Source of the DNA: a virus
Reading direction: 5' to 3' (one strand)
Virus record (IMG/VR): IMGVR_UViG_3300001505_000001
Length of the DNA: 64,000 nt
Shown here: positions 27,835-38,028 of the stretch, one piece after another
Position numbering within the stretch: position 1 is the first letter of the stretch
Layout of the letters: each line of letters starts with the position of its first letter
Position numbers and translations under genes: made by a program
Notes under the pieces: generated by a model
Databases searched by the model: none
Told to the model about the DNA's origin: nothing
The model's input: only the letters and a program-made list of their open reading frames with translations

Positions 27835-28344
27835 TTAAATTCTTTCAATTGTATCAGTGTTTAAATTCAAACAATATTTTACCTTTTTATCTAGTCCTCC
27901 TTTAGTGAAACCCTCGGATGTTCCTTGCCCTTGCATATAAAAATACTTAAACAGTTCATTATTGTATCGTAAGTATATATCCATACCGAAATATGTTTCA
28001 ATATAAAATGGAGGATATTCCATCACATTATCATTGTAAAAGTTATTGATATACTTACAAATAGATTCTAACTCTTGATGCATAAACTCTTCACTTGAAT
28101 ATAGATGTTTATACTTATCGTTATAGAGATACAGAATATCTTCTGTTGAGATACTTCCGAGTATCTCAATTGTCTCAGTAAACATTTTATTTAAATCAAA
28201 ATCTTTGTTTTTGGCTTTCTTTAAAATTAAATTTCTTCTATTTTCTTTTTCTTTTAATCCATTATTAATGCTTTCTATTTGTTCATCAGTCATATTTGAT
28301 ATATTTTTCAATATTTTATCAAATTTGTCATCTATATTACTCAT
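27835..28344 (-). CDS. Hypothetical protein
   Basis: 169 aa; RBS AAGGAG; long structured leader containing the GC-rich element cgacgaagcccgtcg. Confidence 0.4.
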   Translation of the reverse strand: MSNIDDKFDKILKNISNMTDEQIESINNGLKEKENRRNLILKKAKNKDFDLNKMFTETIEILGSISTEDILYLYNDKYKHLYSSEEFMHQELESICKYINNFYNDNVMEYPPFYIETYFGMDIYLRYNNELFKYFYMQGQGTSEGFTKGGLDKKVKYCLNLNTDTIERI

Positions 28345-28576
28345 ATAGTATCGCTCCTTATAAAATGATTCTTTTATTCTGTAATTTTAACGTCAACGAC
28401 GGGCTTCGTCGATTATTATTTAGGCTTGCCTAACTTTTATGAGCTACTTGTCTTTCTTTATGATATTTTTACTATAATTTTTGTTGCTATTAAACTGCAA
28501 ATTACTTTTATCTTTTAAACTTTCTTTTTTCTTATCTTTTTCCATATTTAAAACTCCTTTACTTTATTATAGTTTG

Positions 28577-28605
28577 ATTATATAATAAAAAACACCCCTT
28601 GTCAA
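28577..28605 (-). promoter_or_regulatory. Sigma-A-type promoter TTGACA-17-TATAAT embedded in a terminator hairpin
   Basis: Minus strand reads TTGACAaggggtgttttttattaTATAAT; the hairpin acacccc-ttgtcaa-gggtgt overlaps the -35 and also terminates the upstream gene (28602..29744). Confidence 0.5.
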
Positions 28606-29744
28606 GGGTGTTTTAAAAATTCTGTTGGGTTTTTATAACTTGGTTTTTGAACCTCTAATTTACCTTCTAAATTGTTATAGGTAAGAGTAGGAGTATTTTC
28701 AACGTCAAAAGGAATAATCTCTTTACTTTTATTCAATATTTCATCTATCTCGCTCATTAAGTGAGAAAAATCCGCAAATGACGATTCAACTTTGTTTAAA
28801 TTGTTTTTACGGAAGCTATAAGTTTTTCTAAAAGGCTTAATAATAAAATGATATACGTTGTTTTTTCTTACATAATCAAATTCTAAAGAATAATCATCGT
28901 GAACCTTTAAACTTTTCTCTTGTAAAATATATCCATTAATTGGTATTTTTGTAATACTATCAAAAGCATCTTGAAAGTTTGAAAGGTCATACAATAATTC
29001 ATTAGTATATGATTCTAGTTTTTCTAAAATATTATTATTTACTACTTTATAATTAGGGACAGCAGAATAAAAAGACATTCTGTCTAAAGATATTGCTCTT
29101 CCTTTTGATTCATTGGCTCTTAATGATGAAAAATTATTATAATCATTTTCTGTTAATAGTAATATTTTTAACTCATTTGATAAATTAAATAAACTAATAA
29201 CAAACGGGATATTTGAATATTCAAAATGTGTAGATAGTAATTCATCTTTATTAATATATTTATTGATTTTTTGTTTTGTGTCGTTAAAAATATCAATATT
29301 TTTGTTTAAATTGTAAATACTATTTTGAATATCTTTAATTATAAATGGTACTGTTTCTTTAAATTCTTCTTTGTATAGTTCATTTTTACTTAAGGTCTTC
29401 GTATAAGAATAATGTAAATCGTATTTTTTATTACATATAGTAATTTCAATCACACCGAAAAAACCTGTATAAGAAAAGTCTATATATGCTGATACTTTAT
29501 ATTCGTCAGATATATTATAAGTAAATTTAGATAGTTTTAATTTTGTATTGTTTTCATCAAATGAATAATTAGGAAATATTTTTTCTAATTGCTTACCTAT
29601 CTCTTTGTACATATACTCTCTTGATACTTCTTCTTTTTTATTAACAACATTATCAACTTTGTTTTTCATTATATCTGAATGATACACATACATTAACACT
29701 AAAGCAATAACAATTAGTAATAAACCAATTAATAAAAATAGCAT
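28602..29744 (-). CDS. Membrane-anchored protein (N-terminal TM, large extracytoplasmic or cytoplasmic domain)
   Basis: 380 aa; N-terminus MLFLLIGLLLIVIALVLMYVY. Confidence 0.4.
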   Translation of the reverse strand: MLFLLIGLLLIVIALVLMYVYHSDIMKNKVDNVVNKKEEVSREYMYKEIGKQLEKIFPNYSFDENNTKLKLSKFTYNISDEYKVSAYIDFSYTGFFGVIEITICNKKYDLHYSYTKTLSKNELYKEEFKETVPFIIKDIQNSIYNLNKNIDIFNDTKQKINKYINKDELLSTHFEYSNIPFVISLFNLSNELKILLLTENDYNNFSSLRANESKGRAISLDRMSFYSAVPNYKVVNNNILEKLESYTNELLYDLSNFQDAFDSITKIPINGYILQEKSLKVHDDYSLEFDYVRKNNVYHFIIKPFRKTYSFRKNNLNKVESSFADFSHLMSEIDEILNKSKEIIPFDVENTPTLTYNNLEGKLEVQKPSYKNPTEFLKHP

Positions 29745-29762
29745 TATAATTAATCTCTCCTT

Positions 29763-30116
29763 TTATTTTTTAAGAAACTCTTCGATTTTATTTTGTTTTT
29801 CTATACTTTCGTTTCGTTTTTTCTGTTTTTCATTTACATACTCTTCATAATAAACATCAATTAAATCAAATACATTGTCAGACTTATAAATTCTTGCATT
29901 CGCTATATCTATACTAAAATCAGTGGTTAAGTCGATATATGTCGTCAATGTGTTATTTTTTACAAATACTAAAGTTGAAATTATATCATTTTCGATATAA
30001 CGTATTTCATAACCATCTCTTAAACTATATATTTTATCGTTACTTTGAGTTTTCGACGACCCATGTGTTTTAATATATTGTGCTAAATCTAAAATATTAA
30101 AATCCATTCTTATCAA
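29763..30116 (-). CDS. Hypothetical protein
   Basis: 117 aa; own promoter upstream. Confidence 0.35.
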   Translation of the reverse strand: MIRMDFNILDLAQYIKTHGSSKTQSNDKIYSLRDGYEIRYIENDIISTLVFVKNNTLTTYIDLTTDFSIDIANARIYKSDNVFDLIDVYYEEYVNEKQKKRNESIEKQNKIEEFLKK

Positions 30117-30138
30117 TCTCCTTATTTATTATATATAA

Positions 30139-30175
30139 ACTATAACATAGAAAAAGACCCCTGTCAATAGGGGTC
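30139..30175 (-). promoter_or_regulatory. Terminator hairpin (gacccc-tgtcaata-ggggtc) overlapping a TTGACA-17-TATAGT promoter
   Basis: Minus strand reads TTGACAggggtctttttctatgtTATAGT; the hairpin lies downstream of the SPFH gene. Confidence 0.45.
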
Positions 30176-30220
30176 AAGTCAAAAGTTTAACATTTTTTTC
30201 ATTTTCAATAATTAATTACA

Positions 30221-31015
30221 TTACTTTAAGTTAACAATAGGGTCTCCACCAATATTAATTGGTTGGTCGCCCTTCCATTTTTCAATAAGTTGTTTTTGTA
30301 ATAACTCATCACTTAATGATTGTTCTACGATTTCATTTGCTTTCTTAGTACCTTTTGCTTCAATTTCTTTACGTTCAGCTTCTTCCTTAGCAATTTGTTT
30401 GTCTACTTTTTTACGTTCTAATTCTTGATTTGCTTTAACACGACTGTCAATTGCTTTTTGAGTGTTCTTGTCAGCTTTTGGAGAACTTAAAGCAATATCC
30501 TCAACAATAAATCCTTGACCTTTAAGATTCTCTTCAAGTTTATCTAAAGTAGATTTTTTAATTTCACTTGTTTTAACACCGAAAGCATCAATTACTGAAT
30601 ACTTAGAAACAGATTGACGTACGTTATCTTGTACTCTTGAACGTAGATAACCTTTTTCTAGTTGTTCAATATCTGCACTACCGAATCGATTAAACAATTC
30701 AACAGCTTTTGAACTATCAACTTTATAGTTTACATCAATATCTAAATTAAGATTTTTACCATCTGACGTTGATACATTCATGTCTTTGTAACTAATGGTT
30801 TGTGTTCTTGTCGGATATTCATTAACTCTATTCATTGGTGCTACTACATGCCAACCAGGACTTAAAGTATTGTCTTTGACCCCTTTAGGAGAGTATACAA
30901 CACCTACTGTTCCTTGTGGAACTCTTTCAATACATAAGATTGCTATAACAAACAATACAATAACTCCCACCACTAATGCTGATAAGATACCACCTGCTTT
31001 AATTTTACTATTCAT
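30221..31015 (-). CDS. SPFH / band-7 (prohibitin-stomatin-HflK/C) domain membrane protein
   Basis: N-terminal TM then IERVPQGTVGVVYSPKG..., the typical SPFH start; C-terminal coiled coil (E/K-rich). Confidence 0.55.
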   Translation of the reverse strand: MNSKIKAGGILSALVVGVIVLFVIAILCIERVPQGTVGVVYSPKGVKDNTLSPGWHVVAPMNRVNEYPTRTQTISYKDMNVSTSDGKNLNLDIDVNYKVDSSKAVELFNRFGSADIEQLEKGYLRSRVQDNVRQSVSKYSVIDAFGVKTSEIKKSTLDKLEENLKGQGFIVEDIALSSPKADKNTQKAIDSRVKANQELERKKVDKQIAKEEAERKEIEAKGTKKANEIVEQSLSDELLQKQLIEKWKGDQPINIGGDPIVNLK

Positions 31016-31017
31016 AA

Positions 31018-31293
31018 TTAATCTTCTCCTCTTCTAATATCATCATGTAGTTTTTCTAATTCCTCAATATCATTGTCTAATTGTGCGACCTCTGATTCAT
31101 AACCAGTGATTTTTTGTAGGGCGTTTCTTTTATGCTGTTTAAAATTTATTTCACGTTCTATCCATGTTATTTCTCTGTCAGTTTCATTTTTTTTAATATG
31201 TTCTGTTACATAAGGAATTGTCTTTCTTATGAAAATATATGAAACCATAAATATAATGCTAAACACTAACAAAAAAATTAATATCCATACCAT
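31018..31293 (-). CDS. Small membrane protein (TM plus coiled coil), translationally coupled to the SPFH gene
   Basis: 91 aa; stop/start overlap with the SPFH gene. Confidence 0.4.
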   Translation of the reverse strand: MVWILIFLLVFSIIFMVSYIFIRKTIPYVTEHIKKNETDREITWIEREINFKQHKRNALQKITGYESEVAQLDNDIEELEKLHDDIRRGED

Positions 31294-31304
31294 TTATAGC
31301 ACCT

Positions 31305-31997
31305 CTATGTTAATATTGTTAATGCTGATTTAGACCAATTTTCTAAATCTAGTTTTTCAATCTCTTCTTTTGTTTTAAATGAACCTTCTAAAGTATCGGT
31401 TTCTTTAGATTCAACTGTCCAATTTTCTGGAATAACAATAACATTTAATACTCCTAAATGAACAGAATCAACCTCTGTTTTTTCGTTATATAATAAACCA
31501 ATAATAGCTGATTCTTTAGTGATTTCATAATGATTAGTAATTTCAATACCGTCGTCAGTTTTAATAGTAACTTCTTCTTCAAGTTCTCTTGAGTTATTTA
31601 CTGCTAAAATATGTTCAAAATTCCAAGCGTGCTCTACCTCATTTTGATGTCCACCTATACCTATTGAAGATTTACCATGTAATCTAGATTCTCCACTGCC
31701 TTCAAGTCTAGTATAAGTAAAATATTTATCTCCTTGCGCAATAATTGTGTAGGGAATTGGTTGAACGAAATCAAAATTCTCTTCTAAGTCTCCACGTCTA
31801 CCAACAACCCCTGCAATTTCCCATAAATTATTTAAAGTATTAATCATTGCATCATAGTCTTCTAAGTTAGTAGGAGCCAACACTTCTACATTTAACATAT
31901 CTTGAATTAAATTAATTTTTTCTAGTGCTGACTTATTAAGTGCTAAAATTTGTTCATCATTTTTATTCATAAATAATTTCTCCTTTTTAATATTCAA
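31305..31997 (-). CDS. Hypothetical protein
   Basis: 230 aa. Confidence 0.35.
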   Translation of the reverse strand: MNIKKEKLFMNKNDEQILALNKSALEKINLIQDMLNVEVLAPTNLEDYDAMINTLNNLWEIAGVVGRRGDLEENFDFVQPIPYTIIAQGDKYFTYTRLEGSGESRLHGKSSIGIGGHQNEVEHAWNFEHILAVNNSRELEEEVTIKTDDGIEITNHYEITKESAIIGLLYNEKTEVDSVHLGVLNVIVIPENWTVESKETDTLEGSFKTKEEIEKLDLENWSKSALTILT

Positions 31998-32256
31998 ATT
32001 TTAATTCAGCATTTTCTGTATCAGAGATTAGTACATAGTCATCTGATACAGTGCTTAAATCAATAGGCTCATCAAAAGCTAGTACAATAGATTTTTCGTT
32101 AGGTTCATATTTTTGGAATTTAACCAAGTTGTATTTATCAGCGTGTTTAACTACCATCATAATGTGGTGTTCATCATTTTTGGATAACTTGTGTTTAACC
32201 AAATCTCCCACCTTCAAATCTAATTTACGATTTCCTTCTTGAAAAATAAACTTCAT
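31987..32256 (-). CDS. Hypothetical protein
   Basis: 89 aa; promoter upstream. Confidence 0.35.
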   Translation of the reverse strand: MKFIFQEGNRKLDLKVGDLVKHKLSKNDEHHIMMVVKHADKYNLVKFQKYEPNEKSIVLAFDEPIDLSTVSDDYVLISDTENAELKFEY

Positions 32257-32287
32257 AATATTTTCTCCTTTCTAACAATCTAATTAT

Positions 32288-32316
32288 AGTATAACAGATG
32301 AAAAATCATCTGTCAA
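32288..32316 (-). promoter_or_regulatory. Promoter TTGACA-17-TATACT overlapping the hairpin cagatga-aaaa-tcatctg downstream of the polymerase gene
   Basis: Minus strand reads TTGACAgatgatttttcatctgtTATACT. Confidence 0.45.
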
Positions 32317-32319
32317 CTA

Positions 32320-35300
32320 TTATTTTTGTAATTTATAAATATAATTTTTGTTGCATTCTTCTATTTTAATAACTGGATTCCTATATATATTATTACCTTT
32401 TACATTAAATGCTTCTCCATTTTTATATCCTAATAACACCAGCTTTGTACCACGTTCCCACCAAGACTTCTCATTTTCAGTCTCTTCTTGGTATTTTGTA
32501 TACATTCGTCTAGTAAGTTTTGCAGTAACTACACCAGAATCTTTAGTTAATATATAAACTAGTTTCTTTTGATTGACATATCCAACAACTACTCCAGTAA
32601 TAGCGCTAATTTCATATTCTTTAAAACCACGTGAATTAGTTTTCAAATAAGGTAAATTCTTTAGTTGTTTAAACTCGGATATGTCATGTTTTTCTGCGAC
32701 TTTATCAGTATCAATGACAAATTCATCAGAATTGAATAATATAGTATCAATTTCCCATTCTGGAATAGTGCCTTGACATTCTTTTACCCAATATTCTTGT
32801 CGTTTTTTCTTAGTAAATTCTTTAGCGTATTGTGGTTTTTTAATTTCTTCTTTTAAAGGTTTTATTTCTTTATTGTAATATTTTTCAAATGATTTAATGT
32901 CTATTACTAACTCATCTTCTAAAGTGTAATCAACATGTTTAGAATAGTTTTGTATAAATATTTTTTCTATTTCTTCGTTCATCGGTTCTTTATTTCTGCC
33001 TTTAATTCTACTTCTAAAATCATGCAGCGCCAATAGTTTATTGTATTTATCTGGTATTATATCCCTATAATAATCTAATTGAGACATTGTTACTTTTTCT
33101 TTTTGTGGTATTTCTAGCTTTACTAATTTAGCCATTATATGGCGTCTATCTAATTCTTCTAATGAATCCATAGCACCAGATTTAATTAATGAAATAGTTT
33201 TTTTAGTGCTTGTTAGTTTAGTATCAACCATTTTTTCATAATAATCTTTTAATGATTTAAATGGTCTGTTTTCAATAATAGCATCTAATGTGTTAGTATC
33301 TAAACCTAGTATTGGTTTTAATCCATATAAAACTTTTCCGTTCTGTGCAGTAAATTTAAGTTGAGATTTATTAATGTCTGGTAAAATAATATCATCACTC
33401 ATACTGTTTACTGCTATAGAAACTTCTGCATAGTCAGTGCCTTTAGTTAAATTACCTTCAAGACCAGAGTTAATATTGAGACAGGCTGTTTTCCAATAAC
33501 CTAAACCATATTTATACGCAATATTCATTTCCACCATTAAAACTAGTGTATATGCTACCACGTGCGGTAATGAAAATGCGTAATTAAATTGTAACGCAAA
33601 CTGTTCTTCAAGTATATATTTAGCAAACTCTTCTCGTTGATTGTTATTTTTCATAACTTGCATAAATTCTTTAGACGCATTCTCGATTTTTTTCTCATCT
33701 TTTTTTCCTACTGATTTTCTAAACTTATTTGCAAAAGTTAATCCACCATTGGCTATTTTAGGGTCAATAATAATATTCATAAGTATTTCTTGTGTGTCAC
33801 AAATACCAGTTCTTGGCAGCAAGTGTTTTTCCATAAGCTCTTGTTCATGTTTAGTCAGTCCATATTTATCCATGTCTTGATACCATTCATTGATGTTTTG
33901 TTTATATCTTACAAACTTGTCAATTGGTTGTTCTCCTTCTGTTTGTAAACGAATAATTGTGTTAGTAATAGCCACTTCGTCAAAAGTGTTAGGTTTAATT
34001 TTGCGCATCGCATTTCTTGCAACTAGAGACGACATTTGGAAAGCATCAAATATATCTCCTTTTGAAAGCATATCAAACATTCCATTAGAAGTCAAGTCTA
34101 ATACGTCTGGGTGGAAATATTTATTATATGTTTCTCTTAATGAGCCTTGCCATTTAATTTTACCATCTTCTAAAAGTAAGTCCATTGCTTCTCTGATTCT
34201 ACCTAGAGCTGAAATTGAAAGAAAATCCTCTTTTAATTCTCCACAATATTCTCCGTCTTCTGCGTTAAATTGTGTAACTGTTAATCCTTTTGTTGTTTTC
34301 ATCATTGCATTTTCTTTTAGAAAACTATGTGGATAAAAAATAACAGAACTTGCATGTTGAGAACGACCACTAATCAATCCCTCTATAGATAACATAACAT
34401 CTTTTAATCCGTCGTGTTTCTCCACACGTTCAATAAATTCTTTAACAGGTTTTCTTTCTTTTTTTTCATTACCAAAGAAACAGTCTGATACAGACCATAA
34501 AGAAGCTCCTTCTGATGGTATTAAGTTTGCAATATTATGTTGTTCAGCAACGTCTAATCCATATCCACGTGTAGCAGTTATAACTGTAGACTTAGGTCCT
34601 TCTGTAGTGAAAGTACAACTATTAAGGATTTTGTCATTACCATATCTCTTTCTTGCCAATTCAACAATTTGTTCACGTTTAGAAGCCTCAGCATCGATGT
34701 CGATGTCGGGTAATGATTGTCTTTCTTTACTTAAGAAACGATAGTATGGTAAGTCATAATCTAGTGGATTAAATTGAACAATATCTAGTAGATAGTTCGT
34801 ATAATAACAAGCAGCTGAACCACGTGCAGGTCCTACTAAACTAACTTCCCACATCATGTCAATAATATCTTGTGTTAGTACAAAATAACTTGATAATGGT
34901 TGTCCTAATCCTTCTGATATTTCCCATATTTGCTCTAATTCAATCTCTATTCTATCTAAATGTTCCTTATTAAACTCTTGATTATGTGATAGCATACCTT
35001 CTCCAATAAGGTGTAGATAGTATCTATCCATATCTCTTTCAGAGTTTTTAAATTTATTAATATAAATATAGTCATCAAGATAATTTTCGAACAAGTTTTT
35101 ATCATTATATCTTGGTATATCAATATTTGGGACTTGAGTTTTTTGTTTAAAATTAATAGGCTCTAGCCTTTTCATTAAATCATGTGTGTTTTGAATTAAT
35201 TCTTCTAATAATTCTTCATTAAAATATTCTAGCAGTTCGGTTCTGTCCATGATATATGTCGTATTATAAAAACTGTCTACTTCACGTTCTCCGTTACTTG

Positions 35301-36072
35301 CCTGTAGATAAGTCTTGTGCGCAAAAGCCTGTTTTTTATTTAAATAATGAGCATCTGTAGTTATGATTGGAGTTAAATCATACACTTTACAAAGTTGTAG
35401 TAGCATATCATTTACAATTTGTTGTTCCTGTTTCACATCAGTATTTGATTTATCATGTTTAATTGCTGGTTGTAACTCAAGATAAAAGTTCTCTTTGCCT
35501 ACTAAGTTAATAAAGAACATAATAAATTCATGAATTGCTTTTTTATATGTCTTTGATTTAGTTTCATTGTAATTTAAAATTAAATGTGATAAAGGACTAC
35601 CTAAGCACGCACTTGTAAAAATAACGTCATTTTCATAACCTTTAATAAGCTCTTCTAAGTCCTCATAATACGTTGGTACACGCTCCATTCCTCTATGAAA
35701 GAAACTATTTTCCCATTCTCTAGTTGTCAATTTCTTTAAAAACTCATATCCATGTTGATTTTTAGCAAGGACTAGAAAGTGATGGTACTGTATTTTTTCG
35801 TTCTTTTCTCTAGCCCATAATACAGAATCTTTATTAAGTAAATAAAATTCATCGCCATATCCTAAAACAAAATCTTTAAATTTATCCTTATTATCTTCAA
35901 TGTATCTGTGCGCCCTTACGTGATTACTAATTGTCGCATGGTCTGTAATAGCTATACCTGGTAGACCTAATTCTAAAGCGTAATCTAAAAGGTCTTCCGG
36001 TCTATTAATTGCATCACGTAAACGAAAGTTACTCGCATCTGTGTGATTATGAATAAGAAAAGGTTGATTCAT
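32320..36072 (-). CDS. DNA polymerase III alpha-subunit-like (family C, DnaE-type) replicative polymerase with N-terminal PHP domain
   Basis: 1250 aa. N-terminus LIHNHTDASNFRLRDAINRPEDLLDYALELGLPGIAITDHATISN matches the DnaE PHP-domain start (HLHVHSEYSLLDG...TDH). Confidence 0.6.
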   Translation of the reverse strand: MNQPFLIHNHTDASNFRLRDAINRPEDLLDYALELGLPGIAITDHATISNHVRAHRYIEDNKDKFKDFVLGYGDEFYLLNKDSVLWAREKNEKIQYHHFLVLAKNQHGYEFLKKLTTREWENSFFHRGMERVPTYYEDLEELIKGYENDVIFTSACLGSPLSHLILNYNETKSKTYKKAIHEFIMFFINLVGKENFYLELQPAIKHDKSNTDVKQEQQIVNDMLLQLCKVYDLTPIITTDAHYLNKKQAFAHKTYLQASNGEREVDSFYNTTYIMDRTELLEYFNEELLEELIQNTHDLMKRLEPINFKQKTQVPNIDIPRYNDKNLFENYLDDYIYINKFKNSERDMDRYYLHLIGEGMLSHNQEFNKEHLDRIEIELEQIWEISEGLGQPLSSYFVLTQDIIDMMWEVSLVGPARGSAACYYTNYLLDIVQFNPLDYDLPYYRFLSKERQSLPDIDIDAEASKREQIVELARKRYGNDKILNSCTFTTEGPKSTVITATRGYGLDVAEQHNIANLIPSEGASLWSVSDCFFGNEKKERKPVKEFIERVEKHDGLKDVMLSIEGLISGRSQHASSVIFYPHSFLKENAMMKTTKGLTVTQFNAEDGEYCGELKEDFLSISALGRIREAMDLLLEDGKIKWQGSLRETYNKYFHPDVLDLTSNGMFDMLSKGDIFDAFQMSSLVARNAMRKIKPNTFDEVAITNTIIRLQTEGEQPIDKFVRYKQNINEWYQDMDKYGLTKHEQELMEKHLLPRTGICDTQEILMNIIIDPKIANGGLTFANKFRKSVGKKDEKKIENASKEFMQVMKNNNQREEFAKYILEEQFALQFNYAFSLPHVVAYTLVLMVEMNIAYKYGLGYWKTACLNINSGLEGNLTKGTDYAEVSIAVNSMSDDIILPDINKSQLKFTAQNGKVLYGLKPILGLDTNTLDAIIENRPFKSLKDYYEKMVDTKLTSTKKTISLIKSGAMDSLEELDRRHIMAKLVKLEIPQKEKVTMSQLDYYRDIIPDKYNKLLALHDFRSRIKGRNKEPMNEEIEKIFIQNYSKHVDYTLEDELVIDIKSFEKYYNKEIKPLKEEIKKPQYAKEFTKKKRQEYWVKECQGTIPEWEIDTILFNSDEFVIDTDKVAEKHDISEFKQLKNLPYLKTNSRGFKEYEISAITGVVVGYVNQKKLVYILTKDSGVVTAKLTRRMYTKYQEETENEKSWWERGTKLVLLGYKNGEAFNVKGNNIYRNPVIKIEECNKNYIYKLQK

Positions 36073-36076
36073 TTTA

Positions 36077-36415
36077 TTATTCCTCCATTTCTTTTAAAAC
36101 TTCTATAAACTCTTTATTAATCTTATCAGAATCAACAATCTGTTTCATCTTTTCTTTTATGAAACCATTTATTTCATCCTTGTTATTAATTTCACTGTCT
36201 ATGATTGGTTCATAAATGTTTGGTCTTGAAGTTATATCTATAATATCCTCTTGTGAAACTATATGTTTTACCCCTTTTACTTTATCTGTTACATGCCACA
36301 TTTTGAACATTAGATAATGATTTACTTTATTATCTCTCATGCCGTATGATAATTGAATTTCAAATAATTCGTTTTCATATTCTCTTGCAAATTCTATTTG
36401 TTTTATTAAACTCAT
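36077..36415 (-). CDS. Hypothetical protein
   Basis: 112 aa. Confidence 0.35.
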   Translation of the reverse strand: MSLIKQIEFAREYENELFEIQLSYGMRDNKVNHYLMFKMWHVTDKVKGVKHIVSQEDIIDITSRPNIYEPIIDSEINNKDEINGFIKEKMKQIVDSDKINKEFIEVLKEMEE

Positions 36416-36480
36416 AATACTTCCTCCTACTAAAAAACTTGTTAAGTATATTATAGCATACTCAACAAGTTCTGTAAAGT

Positions 36481-37065
36481 CTAATTTAATTTTTTGTTTA
36501 AAATAATTGTTATCAACGTAGCAATCCCCATCATAACAAGGTTTACTGATTCTGTAATAATAGCACTTAAAGGCGCATGAGTTACACTCATATTAATAAT
36601 CATAATACCTAATCCAGCGCTAAATCCTACATAAAGCAAATAGTTAACACCTTGAGCTGTCTTTTTATACATAAGATGTGCGATTTGTTCTAAATATGCA
36701 AATGCAATTAGAAATGATGACCAATGTTGAACAATGTCATTTGGAACCCAATATATAAGTACACTAGAAGCAAATGCAAACATCATTAAATATACCCATA
36801 AACCATATACTTTATGTTTTTTAAATGATACTAATAACAGTATCAATAATGCAATTACTGCATTAATACATTGTGGCACTATAACATACCAAACAGATTG
36901 TTCTTCTATAAGCGTTGACGCTGTAATTGTAGTAGCTAAAGCTATACATAACCAAAATACTTTAGAAACTCCCCTTATATTTTTAACTGAAAACAACGTT
37001 TTTATCTGTGGTATATATGCTAAAATAAATAACACAGATACTATTAAACCAAGAATAGCTTGCAT
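36481..37065 (-). CDS. Polytopic membrane transporter-like protein (PQ-loop / PnuC-like, tentative)
   Basis: 194 aa, 6-7 predicted TM helices; PQ motif in TM1 (AYIPQIKT). Confidence 0.3.
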   Translation of the reverse strand: MQAILGLIVSVLFILAYIPQIKTLFSVKNIRGVSKVFWLCIALATTITASTLIEEQSVWYVIVPQCINAVIALLILLLVSFKKHKVYGLWVYLMMFAFASSVLIYWVPNDIVQHWSSFLIAFAYLEQIAHLMYKKTAQGVNYLLYVGFSAGLGIMIINMSVTHAPLSAIITESVNLVMMGIATLITIILNKKLN

Positions 37066-37127
37066 ACAACATTCCTCCTATTTATAAAATTAGAGCAAGT
37101 AAAAACCTGCCCTTTAAAAGTTAAGTT

Positions 37128-37916
37128 TTATTCTTTAATTAATTTTAAATCATCCTCTGCATGGAACCACATTGTCGAAAATATTCCTGTTTCATCAAAT
37201 CCAGCTAAATTTACATCTCCATCTGAATCATATCCTAAAACAATCCCATAATTTCCCTCTTTGACTCCACCACTATAAATACTGTCTAATACTTCTACAA
37301 TATTTCCTCTTTCAAATTTCGTTTGATTTTCTTCTGTTTCTTCGAGTTTTGGAATCAATTTGACATTTTTTAATTGTTCTTCAAAATCATTAGTTTTCAT
37401 AACAACGGGAAGTATACTTTCTTTACTATCAATACGTACTAACCCTTCATTAATTTTGTTAGTTATTTCAACATGTTCATTTTGGACAAAGTCGCCAAAT
37501 TGGTCTTCTATTTTACCTTCGATAAAGTAAGTTCCATCTTTTAAGTCTTCAATTTTTAATTCAGTGTCGAATTCGTCATCTTCATAAAACTCAATTTCAT
37601 TAATTTTGTCAATATCATCAAAATAAACTAATACCATATTTCTAGTCTCTTCCTCAATGAATAAATAACTAATTTCATCAATACTTAGTCTTACAGCTCC
37701 AGAAACCTTATCAGTATCATCTCTTAGTGGTTTAATATAATAAATCTTATCATCTTCTAAGTTTAAAGGATTCTTTTCCTGTTCTACATTATCTTCTTTT
37801 TTATTTACAAGTTCATCTTGGTCGTCTTCTTTAATTTTTCGTAAAAAATCACATACTTCTTCAATAGTACCTTCTGTCGTAACTTCATTTCCATTAATAG
37901 TTGTTGTAATTTTCAT
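37128..37916 (-). CDS. Highly acidic protein (paralog A)
   Basis: 262 aa, about 30% D+E; N-terminal motif GNEVTTEGTIEEVCDF shared with 38029..38607. Confidence 0.4.
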   Translation of the reverse strand: MKITTTINGNEVTTEGTIEEVCDFLRKIKEDDQDELVNKKEDNVEQEKNPLNLEDDKIYYIKPLRDDTDKVSGAVRLSIDEISYLFIEEETRNMVLVYFDDIDKINEIEFYEDDEFDTELKIEDLKDGTYFIEGKIEDQFGDFVQNEHVEITNKINEGLVRIDSKESILPVVMKTNDFEEQLKNVKLIPKLEETEENQTKFERGNIVEVLDSIYSGGVKEGNYGIVLGYDSDGDVNLAGFDETGIFSTMWFHAEDDLKLIKE

Positions 37917-37950
37917 AATAATTATTCTCCTTTTTTATTAATCTAATATT

Positions 37951-37979
37951 ATTATATCGTATGACTAATGATTTGTCAA
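37951..37979 (-). promoter_or_regulatory. Consensus sigma-A promoter TTGACA-17-TATAAT for paralog A
   Basis: Minus strand reads TTGACAaatcattagtcatacgaTATAAT; the terminator hairpin ggtggaa-tt-ttccacc of the upstream gene is just before it. Confidence 0.55.
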
Positions 37980-38028
37980 GCGTTTTATAAAAATCAAAGG
38001 TGGAATTTTCCACCAATGATTGATATAA

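Noticed and set aside
28345-28601. Possible degenerate third group I intron or small RNA in the 257-nt gap (shares tcaacgac with the intron cores)
   Set aside because: Only an 8-nt match. The gap lies between minus-strand genes but the match is on the plus strand, and there are no P1/P7 pairings. It is better explained as promoter plus leader hairpin, and possibly a 33-aa ORF.
36416-36480. Promoter call in the 36077/36481 intergenic region
   Set aside because: Contains a long imperfect palindrome (cttgttaagtat...atactcaacaag) that looks like a terminator, but only a weak TTGTTG/TATAAT with a 7-nt spacer. Not convincing as a promoter.
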